Positions 37,912 through 52,283 are shown, counted from the whole stretch's first letter. The stretch: DNA of 62,991 nucleotides, filler included, from Pirum gemmata (GCA_002812295.1; 25 parts of 25 records of this genome joined end to end with filler, not necessarily neighbours in it), one strand, 5' to 3'. The notes: generated from the sequence alone by a model not told the origin. Numbers and translations are program-made.

Positions 37912-39231
37912 TAGCTCAGCTTCCATAGTCTACTGATACTAAACAGTCTTACTAAACTATGATGTACAAAAAAAAGTCAAAAAAAAAAAAAAAAAAAATT
38001 TTTTTTTTTTTTAAATTTTTTTTTTTTAAACTTTTTTTTTTTTNNNNNNNNNNNNNNNNNNNNNNNNNNNNNNNNNNNNNNNNNNNNTTAATTAATTAAN
38101 NNNNNNNNNNNNNNNNNNNNNNNNNNNNNNNNNNNNNNNNNNNAACCCTAACCCTAACCTTAACCCTAACCCTAACCTTAACACTGACCCTAACCCTAAC
38201 CCTAACTCTAACTCTTAACTCCAACTCTAATCCTAATGCTAACACTTCAGAAAATAAGATAGAAGCCAATAAATCTTCTCGACACCAATCAGGAAATGAT
38301 CATCAAGTAGAAGAGCATAACACTCGTCCAAAATCAATGGGTAGCCACGATAGACGTAAAAGACATAAGAAGCTCGCATCATCGACACCACCAAAGCAAT
38401 CTAAATTTCCTTCTGAACTGGAGAATGATGAGAAGTAAATCCCCATCCATTCCATCTAGCTATTATGATACTTAATAGTGTTTTGTTCTGAACATATTCT
38501 TATGCTATATTTGGCGACTTGCTTTTTATTATGTTTCATATCCATCTAACTATTATTTAATGTATTATTCTAAACATGACCTTATGCTATATGCCGGGCC
38601 TTCTTTTTATTTTGTTTCATATACTTTTAACACCTGTCCTTACGCTATATCCCCCGCCTTCTTCTTATTATTATTGATGTATAATGCAACAGGGTGTTTT
38701 ATTAATATTAATATTTTTGTTGGTATTAAATTGTTGGCAATAATAATAATATCTACTTTATTTTGTACAATAATTATTTTCTGTTTTTATCTCTTTACTG
38801 TAGTTTCTTTCAATACTGCTTACCTGTATTTATTACGACGCCCACCCAAATGTTTATTTTATTATTATTTATTTTTTTGAACGAATAAAGTTCAGGAAGC
38901 TCTGACAGCGAAAAAAATGGCAACGATAGCTACTGCATTATCAATTCAGGAAGTATCCCTTTAGAAATTGTTAATCAGGTTAGAATTTATTTTATGTTTT
39001 ATGGAATGGCTTTTACATCTGGATTTTATTTTATTTATTATTTATTATTTTTAGTTTGGTTAATTAAAAAAACCTTCTATTTTCTACATATAGTAGTTAA
39101 CCGTTTACCCAATACCGACGGATAAGCAAGTGAACCCCCACTTCCACCACATACACACAAACAGGTTAATGTACACATGTATACTCTACTCTCACCAAGA
39201 ATTTATAACATGTTTCTTATAATTATAAAAG

Positions 39232-40325
39232 GATGTTTATGAAGAGCACAGAAATCCCATTAAGCACTGCATATTTGCTCCGGATTCTGCAACTTTGGCA
39301 AGTTCTGATAACAGGGGAATTATAAAGTAAGAATTTCCTCTCTTCGTTGCGGCTGCCTGGACGCATTGTCAGCTTATATTTATTATCGCTTTTTATTCTT
39401 TTATCAACTTGTCACTTGTAATCATCATCATTGGCACTGTTAGTAGAACCATTGGTACTATTAGCACCAAGATTAATGCAGTGTTGTCTCCTCCCCAAAT
39501 TTTATGAATTTATCATCATTATTATTATCATATTGATTAACATAACCGTAACTTGGTTCTCTATAATTGTTATATATACAAAAAATGTCTTTCTCAGATT
39601 AATCAATCATTTTTGTTCCTGTTACTTGCTATTGTTATTTATATCAGAATTTGGAACGTTGACTCTAGATTATCTACCCATTTGACAATAAAATGCGAAC
39701 CGGGTATTCAGACTTTAGAATGGGATCCAAAGCATGACAATAGAAGAGTAAGTAATATTATTATTGTTTTGTATTTTAAATATTAAACCTAACCCTAACC
39801 CTTAAACATCAGCCATGACCATGTATATAACCACATTCGATTAGGCCTAAATTTTTGTTTAATACAATATTCAAGTTAATTAAACCCAGTCTTTGAAGGG
39901 ATACAATTATAACTATGGCTATAGTTTGTTTGATTGAAAGTTAAGAGTTATAAACTATAATGTGACATCTCTCAACCCAGTTCTGTATCTTAACAACCCA
40001 AATCTAATGCTTACAGTTACTTAACTGTGCACAACTAAACATGTATTAATTTAACCATATTCTAACTACAATTTTCTTTTAAGTCTGAACAACAATTGCT
40101 ATTTTGCTATGTAGTTTTTTTAAGTAACATTGCAATTGTGGCATAAAACATGCGTATTTTAAACTTGGGTATTATATTCTAATGTATACTTTACAAGCAA
40201 GGTCTGAGTTAATTTTATTTTGTTATATAGCTGTTAATTGCTACTCTTTCGGGTAATATTTTGTTCTATGATACCGAAGCTCGCCGGTCTGTTTTCGAAT
40301 TAAATTCGACTACCCCTTATAATAA
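39232..40325 (+). CDS. WDR91: WDR91-like WD40 protein; exons 39232-39326, 39648-39747, 40231-40325 (probable upstream exon ~38262-38433)
   Basis: DVYEEHRNPIKHCIF...LASSDNRGIIK|IWNV...LEWDPKHDNRR|LLIA...ILFYDTEARR aligns by eye to the start of the WDR91 WD region (EH..I.HC....VASLD.DG.IKVW....LEW..K.DRLLL.....LYDTEAKK). GT-AG phases are consistent. Confidence 0.75.
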
Positions 40326-40464
40326 GTAAATGTTCAATTATTATTATTATTATTATTATTATTANNNNNNNNNNNNNNNNNNNNNNNNNNNNNNNNNNNN
40401 NNNNNNNNTTAATTAATTAANNNNNNNNNNNNNNNNNNNNNNNNNNNNNNNNNNNNNNNNNNNN

Positions 40465-42495
40465 TAAAACAAGTGTCACACTTGGCCATGTTGTCGCACG
40501 GCTTTTTTTCAATCTTATCTCCGATACAGTTTCTTCCGGTCCCTTTTTAATGGTTTTACATACATTCTATATCTATTGTCAGTCCTCGAGCATGTCATAT
40601 CTAAAGGATCAAACTCACCATTTTTAATAAATGTTAACCAGTAATCACCATTTGTATCATTATTATTATCTAGGACATTCGTAAAAAACCCAGTACAATT
40701 AGGTTTGGCCAGACATCGTGCATACGCTTCATATTTAGTTATTTGAAGTTGATGTTTGTGGTCATATATATTTTTAGTTTGCCAACCATTACAGCTTGCT
40801 TTTTGAGTCCATGCTGTTTACATTATATTATTATATATTAAAATTTATACTGGTCATATGTAAAAGAACAAATAAAACAGGTAATGGTAATTATTCGTTT
40901 ACAGCAAAACAAAAAGTAATGATAATTATTCGTTTACCTGGTAATTTTCTGATATCTTTTCCGTCATAGCATTCCACCGTTCTCTGGTCACATGGGCGAG
41001 GTTGGTTTGTTTTAAGAACACAGCTACCACCAAGTTTAGCAGCGATTTTTATCTTCGTGTTGCATCGTTGTTCTCCCTCTGGGAAATATCTTGTTTTTGT
41101 TCCATTACATTTTGCCTTAGCAGTGCATGCTGTACACGCATCTATTTCCTGTACACAATCCTTTTTTATTGGTTTTACATACATTCTGTATTTATTGTCA
41201 ATAATCAAGCATGTCATATCTAAAGGATCAAACGCACCATTTTTAATAAATTTTAACCAGTAATCACCTTTTGTATCATTATTATTATCTAGGACAGTCG
41301 TAAAAAACCCAGTACAATTAGGTTTGACCAGACATCTTGCATACGCTTCATATTTAGTTATTTTACCTTGATGTTTGTCTTCATATATATATTTAGCTTG
41401 CCAACCATTGCAGCTTGCCTTTTGGGTCCATGCTGTTTACATTATATTTTTATTATATATTAAAATTTATACTGGTCATATGTAAAAGAACAAATAAAAC
41501 AGGTAATGGTAATTATTCGTTTACAGCAAAACAAAAAGTAATGATAATTATTCGTTTACCTGGCAATTTTCTGATATCTTTTCCGTCATAGCATTCCACC
41601 GTTCTCTGGTCACATGAGAGAAGTTGATTTGTTTTAAGAACACAGCTACCACCATGTTTTTCGGCGATTTTTACCTTCATGTCGCATCGTTGTTCTCCCT
41701 CTGGGAAATATCTTGTTTTTGTTCCGTTACATTTTGCCTTAGCAGTGCACGGTGTACACATATCTTTTTCCTGTACACAATCCTTTTCTATTGGTTTTAC
41801 ATACATTCTGTAATTATTGTTAGTACTCGAGCATGTCATTTCTAAAGGATCAACCACACCATCTTTAATATATTTAAACCAGTAATCACCTTTTCTATAA
41901 TCATTTAGTTGATTCGTAAAAATACCAGTACAGTTAGGTTGCGCCTGACATTGTGTATACGCTTCATGTCTGGTTGTGTATTTGAAGTGTTTGTAATCAT
42001 ATAAGTTAGTAGTGGCCCAACCATTGCATTTTGCTTTCCGAGCCCATTCTGTTTAAATTATATTTATAACAAACGGGTTAGTGTTAGAGTTATATAAAAG
42101 AGAAGGTTAGGGTTGGGGTTATATAAAAGAGAAAATAAAACAAAATGATTTAAACCATTTCAAAAAAATGTATTACCTGGTAGGGCATCAAAATCGCGTT
42201 TCCGTGTGTTTATTCCTTGGTCACATACTATTGTTTCACTTTCACATGACAGACTTTCTCTTGTTTTAAGAACACAGTTACCGCCGTTTTGGGCTGCTCT
42301 TCTTACTTCAAAATCACATATAACTTTTCCTTTTGGAATATATTCATCTCGGTTTAGACACGTAAAATTTTTAATAAGGTTGATATCACATTCCCCGCAC
42401 GAAGTCTTATTAACTTTTTGAGTACAGTCCATTGGCGTTTGTTTTAAGTAAAGTACATGCTTATTGCCCTTACTAAAACATGAATTTAAAACAGC
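40465..42495 (-). CDS. Cys-rich extracellular-type protein built from tandemly duplicated exons (42495-42177, 42048-41560, 41432-40938, 40813-contig end)
   Basis: Each exon encodes W..KA.CNGW...EAY..C...PNCTG.F...GDYW (PAN/apple-like) followed by DC.Q....CT.C...A..GG.C......CD..T..C (TSP1/spondin-like). Phase-1 GT-AG introns separate the three repeated exons. Domain labels are tentative. Confidence 0.8.
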
Positions 42496-42924
42496 CTGGA
42501 ATATTAATAAATAACATAGCGAAAGTCAGAATTAACATAGAATATTAACAAATAACATAGCGAAAGTCAGAATTTACATAGCTATTAATAAATAACATAG
42601 CGAAAGTCAAAATTAACATAGCGATTAATATGATCCCAAAGTTAGTATTTATAACATAAGTAGAGTCAAGAAAAAGTAGAATTAACATAGCGATTAACAT
42701 GGTCCCAAACGTTAGTATTTATAACATAAGAGTACATAAGTAGNNNNNNNNNNNNNNNNNNNNNNNNNNNNNNNNNNNNNNNNNNNNTTAATTAATTAAN
42801 NNNNNNNNNNNNNNNNNNNNNNNNNNNNNNNNNNNNNNNNNNNTAAAATAATAAAATAATAAAATAATAAAATAATGAAACAATAATAATAGTAATAATA
42901 GTAATAGTAATAATAATAATAAAA

Positions 42925-42956
<32 letters not shown>

Positions 42957-44638
42957 TAATAATAAATAATAAAAAAATAATAAAAAAAAATAAAAACATA
43001 AAAATAAAAATAAATTTTCAAAAAGTTTACATAAGAAACGCGTTATATATACTAATATTGTGGCCACTGGCAGCATTGTTTATGAAATGCCAAATTCTAA
43101 AATCTTTTTTTTATTATTATTATTATTTATTATTGTTTATTTATAAACAGAAATTCTGGAATATGCGCTTTTTATTGGTCTATAAATTTTTATACTCCAT
43201 TTGTGGCCAATAATATATCTTCATAATTTGAGTGAAAGACTATTCTTGTCTATGTGGTTATAATTTATAAACTTATAGAATATAGAGTCTACCACAAAGC
43301 CTAAAACTGCCAAAACACACTGCCAAAACACACAACCTTATAGTCGCATATCCACCACAATCATTAGGATGTGTCAATAAGTGTCAATATAACATTGTGC
43401 TAGTCCACTATCGGGATTAACTATTTGCCACAGTAGTATGATAGTAGAGGCCTTGATAGAAATGTGATAGCAGCTATGATACCTTAATAAACTGAGAGTC
43501 CAAGATTTTTTTTCAGATTTATTGATAAATAAGAAAAATGATATTAGAAAAATGACTTACGTAGCTTCCAATTATCATGCACACTTTGTCGTTTTTTGTT
43601 GTTTTGTTGTTTTGTTGTTGTTTTGTTGTTTTGTTGTTGTTTTGCTGATTTGCTGATTTGTTTTGTTGTTTTGTTGTTTTTCTGTTTTGTTGTTTTTGTT
43701 GTTTTTGTTGTTTTTGTTGTTTTTGTTGTTTTTGTTGTTTTTGTTGTTTTTGTTGTTTTTGTTGTTATTGTTGTTATTGTTGTTTTTGCTGTTCTTATTG
43801 TTTTATTGTTTTGTTGTTTTGTTGTTTTGTTGTTTTGTTATTTTGTTGTTTTGTTGTTTTGTAGTTTTGTAGTTTTGTTGTTTTGTTGTTTTGTTAACGT
43901 TGTTTTATTAATATTGTTTTATTATTTTATTGTTTTGTTGTTTTGTTGTTTTGTTGTTTTGTTGTTTTGTTGTTGTTTTGTTGTTTTGTTTATCTGAAAA
44001 TTGGTATAGACTACTGATCAGTGAAATTCATAATAATGGGTTATTTTCAAACTCATTTTCATATTAAAAATTTTAATTTACAAATTAATAATAAATAAAA
44101 TTTAAAATAAATAACATGAAAATTACATCCTTTTAATTTGGTATCATATGAGCTATAGACTACTAATAAGCAGAGGGTTGTTATGGTATCAATACCTACA
44201 TTTCCATCGATCAACTAAAGTTCTAAGCTAACATATTACCACTACCATAACACAATGTTTTTTAGCAAATTAATAATAGCCTTGCCAACAAATACCAAGG
44301 CTCAGAGAACTGAAGGTTAAAATTATTTTTATGTGTGCAATAGTCTCCTAAATACAGTAGAATTTTCCAAATGTCGATGATACATAAAGTGAAGCACAAA
44401 CTTGCCACAAAGTGATAATATAAACCTTTTTTTTTAAAAAAATGGGTGTACTAAATATAGTACTATTGCAAAAAGTTTGCCATTAGGAGCCTGCGTTCTT
44501 AGTTGACTGAGTTGAGAACTTGAGACTCAACTTGAGAGTTCTTCTCTTCTAGTTTCTATCCGATATCATAGCTAGCTATGAGTCATATGACATAGAGAGT
44601 TTTTTCTGGAAAGTCCAATCAATTATCCGCCCATAAAG

Positions 44639-44707
<69 letters not shown>

Positions 44708-44985
44708 GAATCCATCAATGGAATGACATAAAATGTTCAATTGGTTACATCAGTGTTTTGGTCCCACCAAATAATCCAATGAAATTTCGTTTTGAGTATA
44801 AAATGACCTATCAAAAAAGATCTATTTAGTCTTGTTGAAGTCTTTCAGGTCGTTCACGGTTCAAACTTCAAACTTCACAGTATGATAATGATAGATAGTT
44901 ATTCAGTTCTTATAGTTCTTTTTGACCTTCTGGTCCACAAAAAAAACACCCCCTGCCAAAAGAGACAACATAGTATCCATATGGT

Positions 44986-45082
44986 TAAAAATGACCAACT
45001 TTTAGGTTTCACTAGAATTTTCAGTTTTCGAACATAAGTAACGTAATAGGTATTTTAATAGATTTGAAATTTTCAAACATAA
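44986..45082 (+). repeat. Dispersed repeat family E (also ~46540-46617, and reverse at ~48201-48293)
   Basis: Shared TTTCACTAGAATTTT..TTTTCGAA.A.AA.TA..GTAATAGGTAT.TAATAG.TTTGAAATTTTC. Confidence 0.75.
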
Positions 45083-45665
45083 AAAAAAATGNNNNNNNNN
45101 NNNNNNNNNNNNNNNNNNNNNNNNNNNNNNNNNNNTTAATTAATTAANNNNNNNNNNNNNNNNNNNNNNNNNNNNNNNNNNNNNNNNNNNNATTAATAAT
45201 AATAATAATAATAATAATTAATTAATAATAAAAATAAAAACTAAACTGAAATATCATACCCTTGAGTAATCCACATGTACCAAACTATCATTTCATTATT
45301 TTTTAAAAATATATCATAATATTATTTTTTTCGATCAGTAATCATATATTCTTATGTTGCCATACATACGATTTAACTTATATAACTTTGAATTAGCGAA
45401 AATCACATGTCAATTTTAAATTATTTCAAAGTAATATACTTAATTTTAAAAGTATAAATACTAAACAAATTTAAAAATAGAAAGAGGAATATATCTTGAA
45501 TGTGTAATAAACGTTTTAAATTTTTTTGGACTAAAGGTTTTGGTACAATACCATTTCGAGAACCTTTTTGAATTTTAACTTGAATTTGTGTTATAACTTC
45601 TGGTTTAACTAAAACACGTAATCTTTGTAAATAAGCAGTGGTTTCGTATACATATGACTCTGTTT

Positions 45666-45703
<38 letters not shown>

Positions 45704-45858
45704 ATTGTTATTGTTATTGTTGTTGTTGTTGTTGTTGTNAATACCATTTCGAGAACCTTTTTGAATTTTAACTTGAATTTGTGTTATAACTTCTGGTTTA
45801 ACTAAAACACGTAATCTTTGTAAATAAGCAGTGGTTTCGTATACATATGACTCTGTTT

Positions 45859-45896
<38 letters not shown>

Positions 45897-45908
45897 ATTG
45901 TTATTGTT

Positions 45909-45941
<33 letters not shown>

Positions 45942-45953
45942 ATTGTTGTTGTT

Positions 45954-45986
<33 letters not shown>

Positions 45987-46674
45987 ATTGCTATTGTACT
46001 CTAGGTTGTTATCGTTTACATACAGTATACATCTAATGCGCCGCAGCATTATGCCTATTATGTATGATTTATAATATTATCCAATTGTATCATCTCAAAT
46101 TCATACAGATTGTATTATTTGATACTGAATGGGTAAAACTGCACTGTATATTGTACAAGGAGATACAAGGAGTCACTAGTATGAGTCCGAAATTTTTATC
46201 CAATCACACATGAGATCTACGTGTGCACTAACCCTAACCCTAACCCTAACCCTAACCCTAACCCTCTGATTGTGTCACGTAGAATCTAGGTAGAATCTGT
46301 ATCAGGCAGATAATTCAGGCTTTTCCCAAGTCTGCTTTGTTAAAAAATCGAGTTTTCGAGCCTATGCACTAACTAAATAGTTCGAAAATTTTAAGCTAAC
46401 AGTTAAGTATTCAAGTATATTTATTTGTTTATAAACCCGAAAAAATGGAAAATTAATTTTCGAACTGGGCTGAATTTCAGCTTTTTTTTCGACAGCAGAA
46501 ATTTGAGTTTTCGGGCTCGTGCAGAATTAGGAGAGGACTTTTGGGCTTTCACTAGAATTTTTTATTTTCGAATAAAAGTATTGTAATAGGTATCTAATAG
46601 GTTTGAAATTTTCGAATTGGAGCTTTTTTAATTATTAGTTTTTTGATTGTTTGCATTTTTCTCGTTTTTAAGAA

Positions 46675-46851
46675 CATTCATATAGACTAAAGGACGTTAC
46701 TTATTCTTTGATAGAAATCATTGCTCGAAAGTGTGACTTGACTAAACTGTTTTGGGCAGTAATTAATCATTAAAATGAACTTTAAAATTATGACCAAAAG
46801 TGTTTTGGATAAAAAGGCATAGATAAGATTAGGGGTCATCCTTTATGGATG
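46675..46851 (+). mobile_element. MITE family B, near-complete copy
   Basis: Starts CATTCATA...GGACGTTACTTATTCTTTGATAGAA.TCATTGCTCGAAAGTG and ends CCTTTATGGATG; colinear with 7631-7780. Confidence 0.75.
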
Positions 46852-48615
46852 ATTCCTTTTTCAAGAGCAGAGAGACCAAGCAGTGAAACAAATCAGATAC
46901 TTATTAGACCCCATATATAGGCCTATCTATACAGTAGATTGTTTGTTTAGCGGCTTTTAGCCTAAGAAGGAGACAGTTTCTTTGCAGGGGTTTTTTTTTA
47001 TTTATTTATTAGTCTATAGGGTTTTTTTCAAAGGCTGCCTTTGGGTTTTTCTCTGGTTTTTTCTAAAGGGTTTTTTCTCCTTTTTTGCAGTCTAGTTATA
47101 GTTAGTCTTTGGCTTTGGTAGTTTTTCAGCGATCGGATTGGATTAAACTTGGACAGTTTAAAAAAGTTCAGTGGTCAGTGGGGGGTGTAAGTGATCGGAT
47201 TGGATTAAACTTGGAAAGTTTAAGATCAGTGGTCAGTGGTACCCATATAGTCATATCACTGGCTCACCGCCATGCCAAAAATAGGTCAGATGCCTAGCTA
47301 GCTAGTAGTCCAGTAGACCATGGCTAGCTAGGTCTAAGTCAGGTGGGTCATGGATGAATCCCCAGTGGATATTTTTTATAAATAATTTTATTATTATTAT
47401 TATTNNNNNNNNNNNNNNNNNNNNNNNNNNNNNNNNNNNNNNNNNNNNNNNNNNNNNNNNNNNNNNNNNNNNNNNNNNNNNNNNNNNNNNNNNNNNNNNN
47501 NNNNNNNNNNNNNNNNNNNNNNNNNNNNNNNNNNNNNNNNNNNNNNNNNNNNNNNNNNNTGTTTCCATTGATTTTCTTGGAAATTCAAACATTTTGACAT
47601 CATATTGACAGTCATTTTATACTATTGTTATTACAAATAAAATAAAATAAAATAAATTAAATGAAAAGAAATGAAAACAAGATAATTAATAAAGAGAACA
47701 AAGTAAAATAAAATAAAAGTAAGTTAATAATAATAATAACAATAATAATAAAATAAATAAAAATAAATAAAAAAAAATAAAAAAAAAAATAAATATTAAT
47801 AAAAAAAANNNNNNNNNNNNNNNNNNNNNNNNNNNNNNNNNNNTGTTTTATATAGACTTATCGATATTATTTTCCATTGTTCAAACAGGGCCCTCATTTT
47901 TTTTCCCCCCCCGAGTTTTCTTAGTTAAACGATTTCTAACATTTTGATAGTTTTTTTTAAAAAATTAAAAAAGATTTTGTCAGATTTTGAGCTTATATGG
48001 CAGTTTTCGCAATTTTATTCGGCATGGGTGTTCAAAAAAAAAAAAAAACAACTCGAGTTACTAGACTCGAGTTACTGCATTTGACAGAATTTGGCTCCTA
48101 TGATTCTGAGCGGCTGAGAAATTATATATATAACGCAAACAATCTAAAAACGACCTACTTTTTTCATTAATTAAAAGTACCACTTTTTTTTTTTAAATAT
48201 ATTCGAAAATTTAAAACCTATTAAATACCTATTACATTAATTATATTCGAAAATTCAAAATTCTAGTAAAACCAAAAAGTTGGTCATTTTTAAATTGTTT
48301 ACGCCACAGACTGAAATTTTCCTGAGCAGATGATGCTGATCCTAATATGGAATATATTTTGATTTTTTATTGGGCAATTTTTCATATGTTTTTGAAATCC
48401 ACACATAATCATTTATGGTAGAAAGAAAAGTCAACTTCTTAAAAAAAAAATCAGGCTCGATAAAAGAAGAAAGACACGTTCAGATTACATTATGGACACT
48501 GTACACAGTCGATTTACTACATAATAAGTCATTCTTAAGTTCGGCTCGGTTATTAAAAAATAAAAAATAAATAATAACAATAAAAAAACTACTTGGTGCA
48601 GTTCTTGGTGCTTTG

Positions 48616-48649
<34 letters not shown>

Positions 48650-48674
48650 CAATTTGGTGAAGTTTTTGTGGTTT

Positions 48675-48705
<31 letters not shown>

Positions 48706-49155
48706 TTTCTTTGTGGGCCACTGGGGGTCTATTACAGCCAATGGGGTGCCTACCTGGCATGACTTTTTTGGGGGGGGGGTTTTCGAGTTTCAATTTCNNN
48801 NNNNNNNNNNNNNNNNNNNNNNNNNNNNNNNNNNNNNNNNNTTAATTAATTAANNNNNNNNNNNNNNNNNNNNNNNNNNNNNNNNNNNNNNNNNNNNTGT
48901 TTATGTTTATGATTGTGATTATGATTATGAATATGATTATGATTATGATTATGAACTGGGTTATGAATATGATTATGATTATGATTATGATTATGATTAT
49001 GATTATGATTATGGTTATGATTATGATTATGGTTATGATTATGATTATGGTTATGATTATGATTATGATAATGAGTATGATGATGCTACTGATGATGCTA
49101 CTGATGATAATGATGCCGAATATGCTGATAATGCTGATGATGCTGATGATGCTGC

Positions 49156-49194
<39 letters not shown>

Positions 49195-49232
49195 CGCTGA
49201 TGTAACTGATGCTGATGATGCTGATGCAAATG

Positions 49233-49280
<48 letters not shown>

Positions 49281-49440
49281 GTAATAATGATGATAATGAT
49301 GTTGTTGTTATTTTTGTTATTCATAACCACTCTTTTCCATGATTTTGTTGGCTTTATTACTATCCCTTCCTTCCTCTCCTTCATTTATTATACATTTGAT
49401 ATATTCACATTTAACGTTAACATCATAATTTCTTTAAAAG

Positions 49441-50286
49441 GTTTGTGAACACAATAAAAAAGGATTTCCTTCTGCACTCTTATCTGATACCTTTCGCATG
49501 GCTACTCTAGGAAATGGTATTTGTGCTGTAGTAGCTGGTTTAGTTGCTCAAGGTACTGCTGATTATGTTGGTAATATTGGTCCTTTTGCCGTTTCATTAA
49601 TACCTTTATCAACGGTGTTTTTGTATGTGAAATTTAATTGGGATGAAAATTACGGAGACAGTACTCTAAATGTAGCCGACACATTCTGCAAAGCTATTCA
49701 AGATATTAAAAATGACTCTGCCATTTTTAATTTGGGTATGGCGCAATCATGCTTTGAAGGTGCTATGTACGCCTGGGTGTTTATATGGAATCCTACGCTA
49801 GCTTTAGGTAGTAAAGATGAAGATTTACATTTAGGTTTGATTTTTGCTACTTTTATGTTGTGTGTCATGTTGGGTTCATTCTTGTTCTCTAGTTTGACTA
49901 CTAATGGTGTGAGTGTCGAAAAACTCCCCTTTATTATTCATGCAGTATCGTGTTGTGTGTGTTTGGGTGTATCCATGTTTTTATCAAAAGGGAAGTTTGT
50001 ATATGTGTTGTTTCTTGTATTTGAAGCTATGTGTGGTTTGTTTTTCCCATGTTATGGTACTATTCGATCTCAGGTTATTCCTGAAGCTAGTCGTAGTGGG
50101 GTCATGTCGTTTTTTCGTATTCCGTTGAATGCTTTTGTTATTTTGTTGCTAGTTAAAGTTAAATATTTAGAAAAAAGTGTAGTATTTCAAATATTAGCTT
50201 TAACTCATTTATGTGGATTTCTCTTATATTTCAGGTTCTATAGCTTGTACAACAGTAAATATGTTAGAAAGGATTCCGTATTATAA
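49441..50286 (+). CDS. MFSD5: Molybdate-anion transporter MFSD5/MOT2, terminal exon
   Basis: After an aaag acceptor: VCEHNKKGF...DTFRMATLGNG, WDENYG, FEGAMYAWVFIWNP, GLIFATFM, IPEASRSGVMSFFRIPLN; multiple TM helices. Confidence 0.88.
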   Translation, partial: VCEHNKKGFPSALLSDTFRMATLGNGICAVVAGLVAQGTADYVGNIGPFAVSLIPLSTVFLYVKFNWDENYGDSTLNVADTFCKAIQDIKNDSAIFNLGMAQSCFEGAMYAWVFIWNPTLALGSKDEDLHLGLIFATFMLCVMLGSFLFSSLTTNGVSVEKLPFIIHAVSCCVCLGVSMFLSKGKFVYVLFLVFEAMCGLFFPCYGTIRSQVIPEASRSGVMSFFRIPLNAFVILLLVKVKYLEKSVVFQILALTHLCGFLLYFRFYSLYNSKYVRKDSVL

Positions 50287-51401
50287 ATTAATTTTTATTT
50301 ATTTAACTATGTTTATAATTAATATATATATATTCGAAAGTATAGTGACACCTCTTTTTAATCTCAAGGATAAGAATAAAATCAATATAAATATTGGAAT
50401 TTATTTCCAACAAAAAATTAACTCCTCGCTAAATTATTTATAATATATTCAATCAAAAAACAGTGGTATTGTATAATCGTGATTTATGAATAAAACCAAC
50501 AAACAGAAAAAATTCTAGAAATGCCAGTCAATTTTATATATTATTATTATTACTTTGTTTGCTTTTTAATTTTTTAAAATCCATACTGAATCGATCAGTA
50601 CTAAATCCCAATCACTAATTGTGGCTTATGAATAAAACAAACAAAACAAACAAACAAAAAATGTATGCCAAGATCAATTTCTTTTATTTATTATTTTGAT
50701 TTTTTTTACTTTTTAATTTTTTTGAAATTCACACCAAATCCAGTTGTACTAAATTCCAGTGATCGTGGTTTATGATGAATAAAACGACGAAGATGTCCAC
50801 TTTGGGAATTATGTAGGTAGTTAATGAATAAAGCAAATACATTTTTATTTTTATTTTTTTACTTTTTATTTTTCGATTGTGTGAGATTCTCACAAAATCG
50901 ATTAGTACTAAATTCCCATCAATGATCGTGGTTTATGAATAAAACAACGAAGATGTACATTTTGAGATCCACATGCCATACAAAATCGTTTGTTTGAGGT
51001 CAACGTCCATATCGATTCACAGGCATCTGCTTTGCCAAAAATATGTTTGTGTCTTTCTGTGATCTTCATATCCAATACATAATACACATATGTTAGAAAA
51101 ACAAATAACAAAAACAAAGTAACAGTGGCAGCAAAATCAAAAACAGTAATAATAACCAAAGAACTCTAATACATGNNNNNNNNNNNNNNNNNNNNNNNNN
51201 NNNNNNNNNNNNNNNNNNNTTAATTAATTAANNNNNNNNNNNNNNNNNNNNNNNNNNNNNNNNNNNNNNNNNNNNGGGGTTAGGGTTAGGGGTTAGGGGT
51301 TAGGGTTATGATTAGAGGTCAGGGGTTAAGGGTTAGGGTTAGGGGTTAGGATTAGGATTAGGGTTAGGGGTTAGGATTAGGATTAGGGTTAGGGTAATTT
51401 A

Positions 51402-51541
51402 CCTGGTAAAGAGTTACCGATTTTTTCCATATCATGCAAAATATTATGTCCAAGTTTTAAATCATTTTGTACCTCGTTTATTACCATTAGTCTTTTTTTC
51501 TTTTTCATGGTTCTTAAATGACCTCCATACTCCTTAAATGA
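51402..51541 (-). CDS. Possible short exon of an unknown gene (donor followed by a CCCTAA tract)
   Basis: Open segment FKEYGGHLRTMK...MEKIGNSLP ending ccag|gtaaat at 51402. The upstream boundary is uncertain. Confidence 0.35.
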
Positions 51542-52154
51542 ACTTTAGAAAAGTTTACATAATAAATATCAGCGATTTTCTCTTTTTCTTTTTTAAAGAT
51601 ATATACTTAATAGATTTTTTTATTGTTTTTGTTAAGTTTGTGATTATAACAAAAATTGAAAACTAACTACTAATTACTAACTACCAACTACCAACTACTA
51701 ACTACCAACTACCAACTACCAACTACTAACTGCTAACTACTAACTACTGACTACTAACTGCTAACTGCAAACTACTAATTGCTAATTACTAACTACTACC
51801 ATAACTACTAACTACTAAATACTAAATACCAACTACTAACTACTAACTACTAACTACTATTAACTACTAACTGCTAACTACTAACTACTAACTACTAACT
51901 ATTAATTATTAACTACTAAACTAACTACTACTACTACTACCACTACTTACTACTGCTACTTCAATTACTTCTACTCCTACTCCTACTACAAACACTTCCA
52001 CTACTACTTACTACTAATGCCAATATAGTACTAACCACTACTATACCACCACACCACCACTACCACAGCGATAAAAATGACTGATAATTTAAACAAACTA
52101 AAAGGAAAATAAAGTTCTATCTTTGAGACTTACAACATAACTCGATATATCATA

Positions 52155-52193
<39 letters not shown>

Positions 52194-52283
52194 AATTAAT
52201 AATAACAAATAAATAATAATAATAATAATAATAATATTAATAATAATTTTAAAATAATATTAATAATAATAATTAAAAATAAG

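Noticed and set aside
38144..38245. True telomere at contig start
   Set aside because: It degenerates quickly and leads directly into probable internal WDR91 exons, so it is best read as intronic.
45548..45990. Exact ~190-bp tandem duplication around the single N at 45739
   Set aside because: Identical sequence on both sides of a one-base gap is typical of unmerged overlapping contig ends.
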